Shown one piece after another: positions 38,460-56,641 of a DNA stretch of 64,000 bases. The translations under genes and the position numbers were made by a program. The notes below the pieces were generated by a model. The model was not told the origin of the DNA, searched no databases, and saw nothing but the letters and a program-made list of their open reading frames with translations. The stretch comes from the human T2T-CHM13v2.0 reference genome, Homo sapiens: NCBI RefSeq assembly GCF_009914755.1, contig NC_060935.1; one strand, written 5' to 3'. The first letter of the stretch is position 1, and each line of letters begins with the position of its first letter.

Positions 38460-39743
38460 TGCTATGGTTTAAATGTTTTGTTCCCTCCAAAATTCATGTT
38501 GAAACCTAATCCCCTCTAAAATTCAAGTGCTGCCAATGTGATAATATTAAGAGGTGGGCCTTTAAGAGATGACTAGGCCATGAGGGATGCTTTTTGTTAA
38601 TGGGATTAATGTCCTTTGAAAGAGGCTTTGGGCAGCATTCTGCAAACCTGTGCTCACATGAACATCTACTTCCTGCCACATGAGGATGCAGCGGAAAGGT
38701 GCCTACTAGACCACATGCTGGTGCCTTGATTTTGGACTTCCTAGCCTTCAGAATTGTGAGAATATAAATTCTTGTTCTTGCTGTTTCCTCCCACTGCCTA
38801 AGATGCTGAAAGGAAAGAAGACCAAGGGGAAGAAGGTGGCTCTGGTCCCTGCTGCTGTGAAGAAGCAGGAGGCCAAGAAAGTGGTGAATCTCTTGTTTGA
38901 GAAAAGGCCTAAGAATGTTGGCATTGGACAGACATCCAGCCCAAAAGAGACCTCACCTGCTTTGTGAAATGGCCCCGCTATATCAGGTTGCAGCAGCAGA
39001 CAGCCATCCTCGATAAGTGACTGAATATGCCTCCTGTGATTAACCAGTTTATCCAGGCCCTGGACCAGCAAACAGCTACTCAGCTGCTTAAGCTGGCCCA
39101 CAAGTACAGACCAGAGACAAAGCAAAAGAATAAGCAGAGGCTATTGGCCCAGGGCTGAGAAGAAAGCTGCCAGCAAAGGGGACATCCCCAATAAGAGACC
39201 ACCTGTCCTTCAAGCAGGAGTTAAGACTGTCACCAACTTGGTGGAGAACAAGAAAGCTCAGCTGGTGGTGATTGCACATGACGTGGATCCCGTTGAGCTG
39301 GTTGTCTTCCTGCCTGTCCTACATTGTAAAATGGGGGTCCCTTACTGCATTATCAAGGGGAAGGCAAGACTGGGACATCTAGTCCACAGGAAGACCTGAA
39401 CCACTGTCGCCTTCACATAGGTTAACTCGGAAGGCAAAGGAGCTTTGCCTAAGCTGGTGGAAGCTATCAGGACAAATTGCAATGACAGATACAATGAGAT
39501 CCACCGTCACTGGGGAAGCAATGTCCTGGGTTCCCAGATCTGTGGCTCACATTCTCAAGCTCAAAAAGGCAAAGACTAAAGAACTTGCCACTAAAGTGGG
39601 TTAAATGTATGCTGTTGAGTTTTCTCTACATAAAAAAAATTAAACTACAAATTTTCCTTCAAGAAAATAAAACATAAATTATTGTTTTTATAAATTACCC
39701 AGTTTAAGGTATTCTGCTATAGTGGGACAAACAAACTAAAACA
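38460..39743 (+). mobile_element. MST-family (MSTC-like) MaLR LTR split by the RPL7A pseudogene (parts 38460-38776 and 39671-39743)
   Basis: tgctatggtttaaatg...gccaatgtgataatattaagaggtgggcc...cagaattgtgagaatataaattcttgtt, resuming ttttataaattacccagtttaaggtattctgctatag...actaaaaca. Confidence 0.82.
38777..39670 (+). pseudogene. RPL7A: Full-length processed pseudogene of 60S ribosomal protein L7a (eL8)
   Basis: ATG 38803 ([38 protein letters not shown]), ends [11 protein letters not shown]-stop at 39602-39604; intronless with 5' and 3' UTRs and an A-rich tail 39661-39670; TSD aatataaattcttgtt / aacataaattattgtt; 1-nt deletion near 38931; premature stops at 39018, 39397 and 39418 in the parental frame. 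Confidence 0.96.
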
Positions 39744-39777
39744 AAATATGCCTACTATTAGAAAATACTCTTTTTTA

Positions 39778-40099
<322 letters not shown>

Positions 40100-40868
40100 A
40101 AATACTCTTTTTTGTTGCATATACATGTAGTCCAGTTGAAATATGTTACAAAGAGAATAAGTGTTTCCTAAATTTTCACATACCATACATGTTAGTTTGC
40201 CATACACATAAGATCCATCTATAGATCTCCTTAATTTCCTTAATAAATTCAGAAGAACTTTACTGAAGTACATATTTGGTGCCACTATGGATATCAAATA
40301 ATATAATGCTGCATGATGATGCTGCATAACTCCTACTTATTGAACATTTATAATGTACCAGGTAGTATGCTAAGTATTTTGCACATAATTTAACTCTTGC
40401 ACCAACACTGGAAAGTAGGTAGTTCACCCCATTTTTGCAAGAAAACTGAATCTTAGTAAACCTTAGTAAAGAAAGTGATACAGAATAGAATTTTAAACAA
40501 GCTCTTTGTATACATACTTTTGTCCAGTGTTCCCTATCTCTTAGTACATCAGTTTACTCCAAATAATTAAGAGAATTCCTATTTGGCTTCTCTTTCAATT
40601 ATGTGAAGATGTTGAAAAAAATGTGTTCTACCTAAACACACATCCTCACAGTAGCCTCTCTGGAACTAATTTCTAAGACTGGCTAAATTTTCATACTATT
40701 TCTTTATTATAACAGGCATAATTCCTTGTTACCTTTAGTGATGGGCAGAAGGATGCTCAATAAAACACTATCATCTTTTAAAGTTTTTATTAAAGTTCTT
40801 TTCCCTCAACCCTTGATTGATTTTAGTACATTTCTTAGGATTATTTTAAGAGATAAATATCAGAAGTT

Positions 40869-42276
40869 AGTTCTGTAAATGAATCACATTTATTAATTTC
40901 TATGTATTGAATCAGCCTTGCATCCAATGAATAAAACCTATTTGATCATGGTAGATTAGCTTTTTGATGTGCTGCTGGATTCAATTTGTTAGTATTTTGC
41001 TGAAGATTTTTGAATTTATGTTCATCAGGGATATTTGCCTGAAGTTTCTTTTTTCACTGTGTCCCTTCCGGGTTTTTGGTATCAGAATGATGCTGGCCTC
41101 ATATAATGAGTTAGGGAGGAGTCCCTCCTTGATTTTTTGAAATAATTTTAGCAGGATTGGTACTGGCTCTTCTTTATACATCTGGTAGGATTTGGTTATA
41201 GTTCATCTGATCCAGGGCTTTTTCTGTCTAGTAAATATTTTGTTGGGAACTCATTAGTGCTCTGTTCAGGATTTCAATTTCTTCCTGGTTCTGGTTATTG
41301 TATATTTCCTAGAATTTATCCATTTCTTCTAGATTTTCTAGTTTGTGCACATAGAGCTGTTCATAATAGTCTCTGAGGACTCCTTGTATTTCTGCAATGT
41401 TGGTGGGAGTGTCACCTTAGTCATTTCTGATTGTGTTTATTTGGATCTTCTTTTTTCTTTATTAATCTAGCTAGCTGTCCATCAATACTATTTATTCTTT
41501 CAAAAAACAAACTTTAGGTTTCGTTGATCTTTTCAGTGGATTTTGCATCTCAATTTCATTCAGTTCAGCTCTGATTATGGTTATTTCTTTTCTTCTGCTA
41601 GCTTTGGGGTTGGCTTGCTCTAGTTTTTCTAGTTCCTCTAGGTGTGACATTAGGTTGTTAATTTGAGATCTACTTCTTAATTTAGGCATTTAGCACTATA
41701 AACACTCCTCTTAACACTGCTTTAGCTGTGTCCCAGAGATTCTGATATGTTATATCTTTATTTCATTAGTTTCAAAGAAGTTTTGGATTTATACCTTTAT
41801 TTTATTATTTACTCATAAGTTTAGGAGCAGATTGGTTAATTTCCATGTAATTACATGATTTTGAAAGTTCTTCTTGGTACTGAATCATATTTTATTGTGT
41901 TATGGTCTAAGAGTGTGGTTGGTATGATTTAGGTTTTTTAAAATTTGCTAAGGATTGCTGAGCTTGTAGCCAATCTTAGAGTATGTGCCATGTGCATATG
42001 AGAAGAATGTATATTTTATTGTTGCATAGAGTATTCTGTTGATGCCTCTTAGGTCTACTTGGTCAAGTGTCGAATTCATGTCATGAATATCTTTATTTTT
42101 TGCCTCAGTGATGTGTCTAACACTGTCAGTGGGAATATTGAAGTCTCACATTACTATTGGATGGTTATCTAAGTCTCTTCATAGGTCTCTAAGAACTTGT
42201 TTTATGAATCCGGGTGCTCCAGTGCTGGGTGCATATATATTTATGATAGTTAAGTTTTCTTGTTGTATAATTTATC
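40869..42276 (-). mobile_element. Inverted 5' segment of a twin-primed L1PA15/16-like insertion
   Basis: ORF2 remnants on the minus strand ([16 protein letters not shown]..., SQINNLMSHLEELEK...), abutting the forward segment. Confidence 0.88.
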
Positions 42277-44870
<2,594 letters not shown>

Positions 44871-44962
44871 GATATCTGAACTTCAAACATACTCTATGAA
44901 CAAAAAGTAAAGGAAACAGGAAAATGAGCCTTTCCTTTAATACATGCAATTTAATAAACCCA

Positions 44963-45304
44963 TGTATTAGTCTGTTTTCATGCTGTTATGAAGAAATACA
45001 TGAAACTGGGAAATTTATACAGAAAAAAGGATTGACTCACAGTTCTGCATAATTTGGGAGGCAGAAGGCCCCTCTTCACAGGGTGGCAGGAGAGAGAATG
45101 AGTGCCCAGTAAAGGTGGAAGCCCTTTATAAAACCATCAGATCTTGTGAGACAGGACTCATAATAATGAGAATAGGATGGGGAAAACCTCCCCCATTATT
45201 CAATTATCTCCACCTGGTCCACCTTGTCCCTCCCATGATAAATGGGGATTATGGGAACTACAATTCAAGGTGAGATTTGGGTGGGGACACAGCCAAACCA
45301 TATA
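44963..45304 (-). mobile_element. THE1D-like MaLR solo LTR
   Basis: tgtattagtctgttttcatgctg...gtggggacacagccaaaccata. Confidence 0.88.
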
Positions 45305-47079
45305 ATCCGTATCTTACTTTCCTGCCCAGCACACAATAAAGTCAAAACAATGGTATATATTTCCTAGGAAAGGTAGCCATTCAGATTGTTTCTAGCTGAT
45401 TCCCCCATTGCCAGTTGTAAAACTTGTCTCATCTTACAATGAAAATATGGCTTGTAAAGTGTTTGTGAAATAGTAGGTTGTAAAGCAAGCTAGAAGGAGC
45501 TGTTTTGTGCATTTGACTGTGCCCCTTCATATGTATAACATGTTGGGTCTTCCTTAATGGAAAAGTAGGTGGATAGAGAGGAACAGGCATGTTAACACAC
45601 CAGCAGCAGAGTAGCTTCCAATGGGCAGAACTCAAATCTGTCACTTGCAAGCAACCCACAAAAATCTTTAGTTGAAGCTTAGTTTTATACTTCTATTAAA
45701 AATATAAAAGTTAAATTTATTCTATAAGTTTATTCTTTCCTATTTTAAGTTATTATTACTATATTATAAAAAATTAGTTAGACTAGCCTCATATAATGCT
45801 TTTGCCTCCCATGCATAATGAAAACATTTTTCTTGGGCAGAATTACTCCTCTTTAGACAAATGTGAAGAAGTTTTGCCAATTAACAGATGCTACACAAAT
45901 GTGCACAATTATTATTGTTACTGCTGTCATTATTGTTTTGAATAATCTTAAATACCAACATCTTTCTTTTTAAAAATAAAGATAGTGACACCTCTTCCCA
46001 TAAATAAATGTTCTCTATAGACACACAGGATTCGCAGCCTCAAATGTCTATGAATAGAGAGGCAAAGAGAAGATTGACTCAACAGCTAATACATCTCATG
46101 ATTTTACCTTTATACCAAGACATAACTTATTGTCTTTTTTCTAAAATAGGTTGATGCTTTTATTCACCATCTTTATTTTTCATTAGTAAAATATTTATCT
46201 ATTGAAGACAGTATGAAAATTCAGAAAAAAATTACAGGTAGAAAATTAAACCACTCTTAAGGATGAATAACATTAATGCTTCAGTATACTTGACTAAGCT
46301 TTTTCATATGAGTACATAAAAATGATTCTCCCTTCTCCAAGTTTAAATTAGATGTGCTGTTTCTCTATAGCCCACTTTACTTTAGTTATTAGAATATTCA
46401 TGTTATTAAATATTATACTATAACATGAATTGTGATATCATGTTATAGTACATGACTGTAGTACGTGACTAATAGTAGACTATTCTTGAATAAATGTATT
46501 AACTACACTGTTAGAAAATTGCTAAGTATTTGTTTCCAATTGTTTATGACTATAAATAACCCTATAGTGTAAATCCTTATGTATGAAACATCCTTCATCT
46601 CTGTATCACTAGTAGGACATACAGCCCATAACAGTCATAGTTTTCCTGGGTTTCCTGGGATAACATAAGATAGCAAGGACCAGTCTGGCTTACTAAAACT
46701 CATTAGGAGCATCTTCATTATCTCTGCCCTTATCCCTGGTACATCCAGTATGTATGATATTTCAGGGCCAACTCAAGGAAATTTATTTCCCAAGTTGTTC
46801 ATGCCCAATGACAGTATTTTTCTAATCCCTCTCTTAATTCAGTCCCCTTCCTTCACAACCCTCGTAATAATAAAAATTCAAGTCATAATCCAGAGAGGCA
46901 GCAATGGGATAATTTTTGGTGTGTTTTTCAGAGGTTCCATCTGGGGCTCATTCTTTACCTTGAAGTCCTTTAATATTTACCAATTAACCTGATAAAAAAT
47001 CTCCTTACATCAAGTAGTCTACCACCTATCAGAATAAGAGGAGTATTATATAGCAAATAGGGTAAGGATGAGAGATCTT

Positions 47080-47203
47080 ATTGTTCTCTTTTTGAGATGG
47101 GGTTTTGCTATGTTGTCCAAGTTGGTCTCTTGGGCTCAAGTAATCCTCCTGCCTCAGCCTCCTGAATATCCGGGACTACAGGTGTGCACCGCTGCCCCCA
47201 GCT
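47080..47203 (-). mobile_element. FLAM-type Alu monomer
   Basis: Single-arm Alu-like sequence; TSD t(g/a)agagatctt (47069-47079 / 47204-47214). Confidence 0.82.
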
Positions 47204-48289
47204 TAAGAGATCTTGCTTTTAAGTGTTTAAAATAGTATATAAATCAAGCCAAGCTATAATAGGAGTCAAAGGTGACAATAGAAGGCTATTATAACCATGG
47301 TCACAGTCTTAGAAAAGGAAACGTAGATGTTAATAAAGTTATTTTTCCTTTTCCAAGAAAAGGGGACTCATTTAATAAAGTATGGGCAAAACCACCTAGC
47401 ATCCTGCCCTTAGACCTGGGTCATCAAGCCCCTACTCTGAGGTCCCCTACTTTACAGAGACTCAGTATAGGTTTTATCTTCCCTGCCTTTGTAATACTGT
47501 AGTCTTACAAAATCTGAGTCTTTCCTCACCTTCTGAGTCATATTCTTGGCATGGGGGATTCCAAATTCCATGCCTGAATACCATAAACTCACCTCTGAGG
47601 CTTGTGCCGGTTTCTTTCCAGCAGACATTTCTTCAGGTGAACATAATCTTAATTCTGAGGCAGAGTGAAGGGGCATCTGTTTGGGGGAACAGATAGTGCT
47701 TGGACTTGAGTTCTGGAATGTCCACCAGATATGGATGAGGCACATAATAGAGCAAAAAAAAAAAAAAAGAAGAGAGAAGGGTACACTTGGGAACCTCAAT
47801 GTACTCTTGTCTAAGGCTCTGTAAATGTTAGAAAGAGCCTGCTCCTCTGAACTCTTACACTTAGTGACAAGTATATTTTATGTCATTTTTTATTTCAGCA
47901 TCATTCTTCTTGAGCCTGGAGATTCTTCTTTTATGAAAAGAGTCAATATAAATGTGTAAACGTGATATATACTTTTAAAATCAACTTTGAGGACAGAAAT
48001 TGTGAGACTGCAGTACCCTAACCCTTTATAAACCATAACTCAAAGGTCTGCAGGTGAGAGTCAGTGTTTTCTAAGGCACTACAAAAATACTCTTGTAATA
48101 AACATGGGAAAGGATGTCTGCATTTTATAAAGTTTCAGCAAGGTATTTTAGCAGCCACTTAAAGGAATGACACTTTGTCTATGCCCCCAGATCAGCTTAC
48201 TGTTTATCGCTTTTGACTCCTAAACAGAGCCATTCTGTTTGCATCCCTCCGTCTCCATGTGACTACAAGTCTGTTTACCAAGACAGGAG

Positions 48290-48738
48290 GGGTAGTGGGT
48301 TGCATTATTTCCCCAAAAAAGATATGTTGAAATGCTAACTCTCAGTACCCGTAAATGTGACCATCTTTGAAAATAGGGTCATTGCAGAAGTACTCAAGTT
48401 AAAATGAAGTCATTTTGGAGTACAGTAAGCCCTAAATCCAATAATGGTTGTTCTTATAAGAAGAAGAAAGGACCCACAGATATCCAGGGAAGTCTTATGG
48501 AGGCAGAGATTGCAGTGGTGCAACCACAAGTCAAGGATGGCCAAGGACTGCTGAGGCCATCGGAAGGTAAAAAGAGGTAACTAAGAATTCTTCAGTAGAG
48601 CCCTCAGTGAGAGCATGGTCTTGTTAACACCTTGATTTCAGACTTCTAAACTCTAGAACTATGATAGAATAAATTTGTGTTGTTTTAGGCCACCAATTTT
48701 GAGATAATTTGTTACAGAGGCCCCAGGAAACTAATACA
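48290..48738 (+). mobile_element. MLT1B/C-like MaLR solo LTR
   Basis: ccccaaaaaagatatgttgaa...aaatagggtcattgcagaag...ccccaggaaactaataca. Confidence 0.82.
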
Positions 48739-49223
48739 GGGGATACTGGCCATTCTCTTCTCAACCTCTCTGCAGAATATCACTGGGCCTTATCTCCTAC
48801 TTCCATCTTCCCATTCTTCTGAGGAATACTCACAAGTCTTTTGTTAAATGGTTCACTTCTAGTCACTTCAAAGAAGTGGGCTGGTGATGTGGGTGGGTGG
48901 GGGACAGATGGGGGTAACAAAATCAGTAAACCTGGAAGAATGAGAAATAATTTTCTAAAAATCACTCACTGGCTAAGTGTATTTCTCTACTTAATTGACT
49001 AAATCTTCACAATGGTGCTAGGAGGTAGATATTTTTAAATCCCTCTATTAAGAGGAGAACTCTATGGCTCAGAAAGTTTAAGCACTCTGTCATCCAGCTA
49101 AAAAAAGAAGAGCCAGGAGTCGAACTGAAACTTGATCCAAAAAAAATAGGGTCTCCAAAACCTTCTGGTTGTATCAACGCACAAGTAATATTGGTAGTTT
49201 CTCCCTTTTGAAAATGAGTTTGT

Positions 49224-49622
<399 letters not shown>

Positions 49623-49909
49623 CTATTTATTTTTAGTAAACAAAGCATGTTTGGAATAAACATACAAACACACACATACATACATAGGGAGGTAAATTTC
49701 TCTTCCCCTCTCTGACCTAGCCACACAGTTTTCCTGTGCGGAATAAGCTTCTCTGATCAGTTTCCTAAGTATTCTTATCAGGATACTCCATGATTTTACT
49801 CATGTATACATACATATTATTACTTTCTTCTCAAATCATAGAGTATAAACCTGGTTCTATACCTCTCTGTGAGCTTTTTTTTTTTTTTTTGACTCTCATC
49901 TTACACAGT

Positions 49910-50250
49910 TGTATTAGTCCCTTTTCATGCTTTCATTAAAGACATACCCAAGAGTGGGTAATTTATAAAGAAAAAGAGGTTTAATGGACTCACAGTTCCA
50001 CATGGCTGGGGAAGCCTCACAATCATGGTGGAAGGCGAAAGGCACTTCTTACAGGGTGACAGTAAGAAAGAATGAGAACCAAGCGCAAGGGGTTTTCCCT
50101 TATAAAACCATCAGGTCTCGTGAGACTTATTCACTACCTCTGCCTCCGTGATTCAATTATCATCCACCAGGTCCCTCCCACCACACATGGGAATTAAGGG
50201 AGCTACAATTCAAGATGAGATTTGGGTGGGGACACAGCCAAACCATATCA
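49910..50250 (-). mobile_element. THE1 (THE1B/C-like) solo LTR
   Basis: tgtattagtcc...cagccaaaccatatca; TSD acagt / ccagt. Confidence 0.9.
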
Positions 50251-50893
50251 CCAGTCATAGAAATCCTCCTGCCTTTATAATGTTCCTGTCTTTCCTGAAA
50301 TATTGCTAAAAAATTCACATTATCCTTTTTTTCTAACTCTTCCTTCTCTCATTGTCCACATTTCTAATGCTGGCAAGTTCGATGTTGTTTTGTTCCTTCA
50401 CACTATTATTGAAGCAAACACTCAAGTTAATCAGAATATTCAAAAAACCAAAACACCTGTTTATTCCACAAACCCTAACAATATCTTATCATAATGTAGG
50501 TCATTAAATTTTTACTGCTTTAGAAGAAAATGGTTTACAAATTGGTGTGGAGTTCAGGGATTTTATATGTTTGGTTTGTTTTTGTAAAAGATTTGTCCTT
50601 GAGGATACATCAGGAAGACTGCCCCCAGCAGGAGCTAGATCCCACCACGATAAAATTCATTTGTCATTTTCCTTCCTAAAATAAGCTAATCCACCAATAG
50701 AGCAAAAGAGATCAACTTTGTTTACAGGCTCAGGAGAGCAAATTGTACTCCATTTGATTTTTGTTTAAACATTTATAGCAACTCATCTGACTCATATTTG
50801 CATTGTCGATACCATATAGAAAGTTTATTTGTTTACCTTTGTCAAGACCCTTCAGCCAAAGACCACTGGAAATGCACCCAACATTTAACAAAT

Positions 50894-50897
<4 letters not shown>

Positions 50898-50955
<58 letters not shown>
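50898..50955. repeat. (TA)n microsatellite, ~29 units
   Basis: Uninterrupted atatat... tract. Confidence 0.97.
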
Positions 50956-50959
<4 letters not shown>

Positions 50960-51120
50960 GTTGCAGTAAGGGAGAACACACAACATGGAGAACCATGAGG
51001 TACCTCAGTGAAAGGGTGTTAGAGAACACTTACAAATTAGGCTTGCGTGAGGTAACTTTAGGGAAAGTTTAAAGAAGCAGGTTTGCTTTGTTTTTTATGC
51101 ATCAAGAAGCAGGGGCAATA

Positions 51121-51393
<273 letters not shown>

Positions 51394-52686
51394 TAATTTT
51401 ATGGTTGGATATCCTAACATATATTCTCTAGGAGAATGGAAGACTAGACTAATACTTAAGCTAAAAAAAGTGTTGAATACAGAGGCAGCAATCATTCATA
51501 TTAGCCAGGATAAGAAAATGTTTGGTCATTTTTGTTGCTTAAACAATGTTCATGGTTTCTGCTTTGTCTTTGTTCAAACATGATTACAGATTAGTCTTTT
51601 TTGTTGTTGCTGTTGTTGTTGTTAGAGAGATAGTGTCTCACTCTGTTCCCTGGAACTCCTGAGCTCAAGTAGTCCTCCCATCTCTGAGTAGCTGAGACTA
51701 CAGGCACATACCACCACGCCTGGCTAGAAGCGCCCTTTTTAAATTTTATTTTGGAGGGAGAGGGTCTTAAAATTACAATGATTCACACAATGGTCATGAA
51801 TGATGCTGAAGTTCTGGGATATTGTTTATGTTCAACAGAACACCAAAGCCTGACTAGCAGAATATCAGACCAGCTTGTAGCAACTTTAGTTCTGGCTGAT
51901 AGTATCAGGTCAGCTTCTGGATGTCAGGAGCTGCTTAACTCTTTCCTCTTCTGATTAATGGCAGATGAGGTTAAGTTGCAGGACATTAATCCATGATACC
52001 CACATTTTCACCGTTGCTGAGATTTTGCTGAGCAAGAGATTGTTCATAGAATGTAGTCTGTAGTTGGGCTAGGGCTAGTTGCCCCTGCTCCCTTTGCTAT
52101 AGAATGAGTAATTGAATCCTCTCATGTGTCCATAGTTACATGGGAAATATCAGCCTACTGCAACACAAGCTAGTTATCAGAAGCAAGTCTTGAACCCAGG
52201 GGTCTGGATCATAAACTCCAGACAGTGAATCCAGCAGGGCCTGTGTTAGAGTACCAGGTGACTATTTTTTTCTCGACTTAGTCATGGGCTCCTTTATTTG
52301 TCATATGTAAGTGCAGGAATATGTGGTTGTTATGATTTAAATATTCCCTTGGCTAGGTAAGAGGGAATCAAGAAATATGTGATTGTGCATTAACAACTCA
52401 GTAATGAATTTATTGGTTTGTTAGGTTTTCAGAGTAGCAGTCATATGCAAATAAAATATTGAGTGAAAGCAAAAGTGATCATGGTAATATTAATAGTAAC
52501 CAATTAATGAATAGTACTTTAATACTTAATTCTCAAAAAAAATCTGAAGTATATGTTGTGTAACTCTATTGTACAATTCAAGAAAGTAAAGCATAGAAAA
52601 GGCAACTTCCCCAAGGTCATACCACTAATAAGTAGAAGAAAGAGAATTCAACCTCAGGCTTGTCTGAACTTACAGACTGCATTCTT

Positions 52687-53000
52687 TTTTTTTTTTTTTT
52701 TTTTTTTTTGAGACAGAGTCTCACTCTGTCACCCAGGCTGGAGTGCAGTGGCGCGATCACAGTTCACCGCAAGCTCTGCCTCCTGTGTTCTTGCCATTCT
52801 CCTGCCTTAGCCTCCCGAGTAGCTAGGACTACAGGCGCCGGCTACCACGCTCAGCTAATTTTTTTTTTTAATGTATATTTTTAGTAGAGACGGGGTTTCA
52901 CCATGTTAGCCAGGATGGTCTCGATCTCCTGACCTTGTGATCCTCCCACCTCAGCCTCCCAAAGGGCTGGAATGACAGGCATGAGCCACCGCACCTGGCC
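52687..53000 (-). mobile_element. Older AluY-like SINE inserted in a MIR
   Basis: gcaagctc, gccattctcc, ttagccaggatggtctcgatctcc diagnostics; TSD a(c/t)agactgcattctt (52672-52686 / 53001-53015). Confidence 0.9.
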
Positions 53001-54136
53001 ATAGACTGCATTCTTATTACTCTATCATTAGGAAAAGCTTCTGGAATCAAATCCAGTGATCAATTCCCTGAGTAATATGCCTGGAAAACTTCCCTTTGTA
53101 AACCAGTCTTCTTCCACTGTTGTTCTCTATACCTTCCTGCCTGGAGTGCCACTGCTTTGTGGTTTCATGGGGAAAAAGATATCACAAGAACCACAAAGCT
53201 GGGCAGTTTAGTGAAAAAAAAAGAATAAGGAATTAAAGAATGCCTCATTCCATACCTGTCATCTTGCCTTTACATGAACTGATATAGTAAATACCCATTT
53301 TGAAGTGGTTGCATGTATTAGAAGTCAAAATTACAAACAAAAATTCAAAGGCAGAGATTTGTCCTGTATTTTTCTTCAATAAGTATGGCTATGGAGCATT
53401 TGAATGATTATTCATTTCACCCACTTTTTTAAAATGCTATTTTTAAAGATTTGTTTTGCTAAAATGTTTCCACTGAAATGTAATAGAGTAAGCTGTCAAA
53501 CTTTCCAACACTGCACCATATCATTTAACTTAGCAAAGTGTGCTGATGGATGCCCCCAGCTAATTAGAAAGATGACTCGAAGACCATATCCTAATGACTC
53601 AGAAAATCCACATCAACTATTTTTCTTCTAAGCTAATTATTGGTTTGAGAAATACGCATCCTATTTTGAGGGCTAAATTTTTCTTTCCTGGAATAAAAAC
53701 CACAGAAATCTATAATGGTGTTAAATTTTTGTATCCATGGTTCTGACTAAACTTTTCCATTTATATGTATTGCATCCTTGGCCATATAAATCATATTTAT
53801 AACATAGAATGCCATATCTGCTTCTTACCGTGAAGCTTAAAACAAATAATTATTATTAAAACAATTTAAATTAGAAAGCTGCTCTATCCACTGTGTTCTT
53901 CACTTTATATGTGATCGTCAGGATACTAAAAACTTGAATGATAAAAAAGATCTAAGAAATTGAATCATATTGTGAATATTTCATTGCATATAAATTGTTC
54001 TATTACAGCATTGCTTTAAAGCCAAATGTTGTTTTGTAACTTTCTAGTTTGTATGTACCCAAAGTTCATATGTTCCTATCTCAGTTTTTCCCAAAGTAGG
54101 CAGGCCTATGTTGTTGAACACATTGCAATTCTGGTG

Positions 54137-54139
<3 letters not shown>

Positions 54140-54170
<31 letters not shown>
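54140..54170 (+). repeat. Poly(A)31 tract
   Basis: 31 consecutive A with no attached Alu or L1 body. Confidence 0.95.
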
Positions 54171-54172
<2 letters not shown>

Positions 54173-56641
54173 TGTATTCTTACAATACTGCTTACATAAA
54201 TATCAAGCATGGTGCTACGTAATACAGAGAAAATGGTATGCAGTGTAGTCATGCAAATGCACCAAAACTCAAGAAGTATTTTTAGTCTCTGGAACTTTCA
54301 AAGAAATGGATGACATTAAGTATAATTTAACAGAAACCAGTTGGCCTATAGCTGAACATAAAGTTCTAACCAAATCCAGCATGAATCTAATTTTTGTCCA
54401 AAATATTGTGGGCTTCATGAAGTTATATGTTTATTCTAATTTTATTTTAAAAGTGATGCTCATTTCTAGGGAAATCGAGTTCACAAATCAGACCCTGATC
54501 CATTCCAAGTTACATATGGCAAAAAGATTATTTTATTTTTATATAATGTCATGCTTTGAGGCATTTAGAAGAGGAGAGATGGAGGAGGAAAAGGAGGAAG
54601 TAGAAGGAGAAAGAAAATAGACATGTGGTGAAAGAAGGCCAGGAAAAACAAGGAATGTTCACGTTAATCTAATAAAAAGTAGAATGAAAGACCAAAGAGG
54701 AATCAAAATTTGTTCTACATTCAGCAGTTCATGTGATTTCTAAATCTGGCAAACCTGGAATCATGTCTTCTCTCTATAGTGAAATCTCTTCACACTCTGA
54801 AGATCCTAACAGAAAACCTTCTGGAAGGTAGAACTACTCATATTTTGCTCTCAGATGTTCCTGCAAGACATTCTCCAAATTTAATTACATCTTCCTACTC
54901 ATGGAAGATAGGTATGAAGGACTTTTGAAATGCCAGTTAACAGAAGATGCTTCAGAGATCACTAGAGTAATTTGTCTGATGTCATAGTTTAGGACAGTGC
55001 CCATTTTATAAAGCACACATCAAATCCGATTCTCCCCTCTAAGCATCCCCTATTACCTTGGTCTAAAATAACTCATATTTCTCTACTCCTATAAGCAACC
55101 TGCTCTTATGTTTTTTTTTTCTATAAGAGAAGTCCCTACTTATTCTTATAAAGTAAAATTTATATTTATTACTGGGTTACTTAGCGTTTAGGTCCTACAA
55201 CTTTAATGTTGGTGTTGAAAATGTGGCCCTACTACCCACTAGTCATGTGGTCTTGAGCAAAACCCTTTACCTATCAGCTACCAAAGATATCGTCAGTTAT
55301 TTCAACGGCAAAATGAGGTGAAAACACTTATTCTGCATAGTTACTGTAGGATGAAAGACGTTAAAACATATAATGCTCTTAGAAGAGTGTCTAGCACATG
55401 GTAAAAACAAAATGAGTGTTAGCCACCATTCTATTAATACTACTGTCACATTGTGATTATAATTATCATCATCAACTCTTTGATGGAACATACTATGTAA
55501 TATCTTTAAAATATTTTGACTCATTTTTTTTTTTTCAGGTAAACCAAAAGTTTAATAAAAATGAAAAAAAAAACAGTATGGTGGGCTAGCTGCTTCAAAA
55601 GGTCTGTTATATGTTGGTCAGCCTGATATCCTGACTCTGTGTGTTCTGGAGGTCACAGGACTGGCCCCTCACACACAGTCAGGACTACAAGCCCCACAAA
55701 TTATAAGGGTCATATCCTATTCATTTTTGTATCCCAACTTCCCTCCATCATTTACTTGAGATTTAGAAGTTCTCAGAAAATATGTGTGTGATAAATAAAA
55801 TATAGACTTGTTTATTGCTGACAACACTAATATAGATTAAGTTTCTCTGCCATTAATCTATACAGGCTCTTGGAAGTCAGGAAATTTATCTGTTTTTGCT
55901 CACTTAGTACAGTTTCTAGCATATTATAGATAATATATATTGTTCAATGTGTAAAATGAACTAGTAAACACTAGAACATATGCATCATACATGAAAGTTC
56001 TTCTTTCTGTCTACTGCCATATCCTTATTACTCCACACACACTTGAGATAAAGTAGGCAGGCACTCAATAAACTTAGATGAAGGAATGCATTTCCTAATA
56101 CTCATTGACTTTAAAGATGTCTTTCAGTAAGCTCTGCAAATAGGCAAAATCTCTGAAAACCTTAAAATAGGTCCAAGATGGATATCACCCAATATCAAGT
56201 GAAATTGAATACATGAAGTATAAAACCATATTTGGACAAAAATCACTGACAGGACCATGCAAGAGAGTTGTTCATGGCCTCAGGTAATATTTAATGCCAC
56301 TTCTTCAGGGGCAACCTACTCTGTTTTCAGGAAACTGCTTTGAAAGTGCCCGAAACAAATCCCTTTCTCTAGTCCTTTGTTTTTGTGAAGCCCAAATGGT
56401 AATCTCTCTCTCTAGAATGATAGTGTATACATCTAAGTTCTTGGGAGAAGTACTACATTAAGGAAAAGATTAATATCCTCATTCTGCTATTCTCTGCTCC
56501 AAAATGAACAGTGGGTTCACAGCTAACAAATATCAGCCTCTGACTTCTGAGCTTTCCAAATTCACAGGCTCATGGTTCTCTCAAGCAGAAAATAACTTAT
56601 TTTCTCTGTGCTGTATCTTTCTATTTTATTTTCCTTTGCAA

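Noticed and set aside
38803-39604. RPL7A as an intact retrogene
   Set aside because: Early frameshift and several premature stops.
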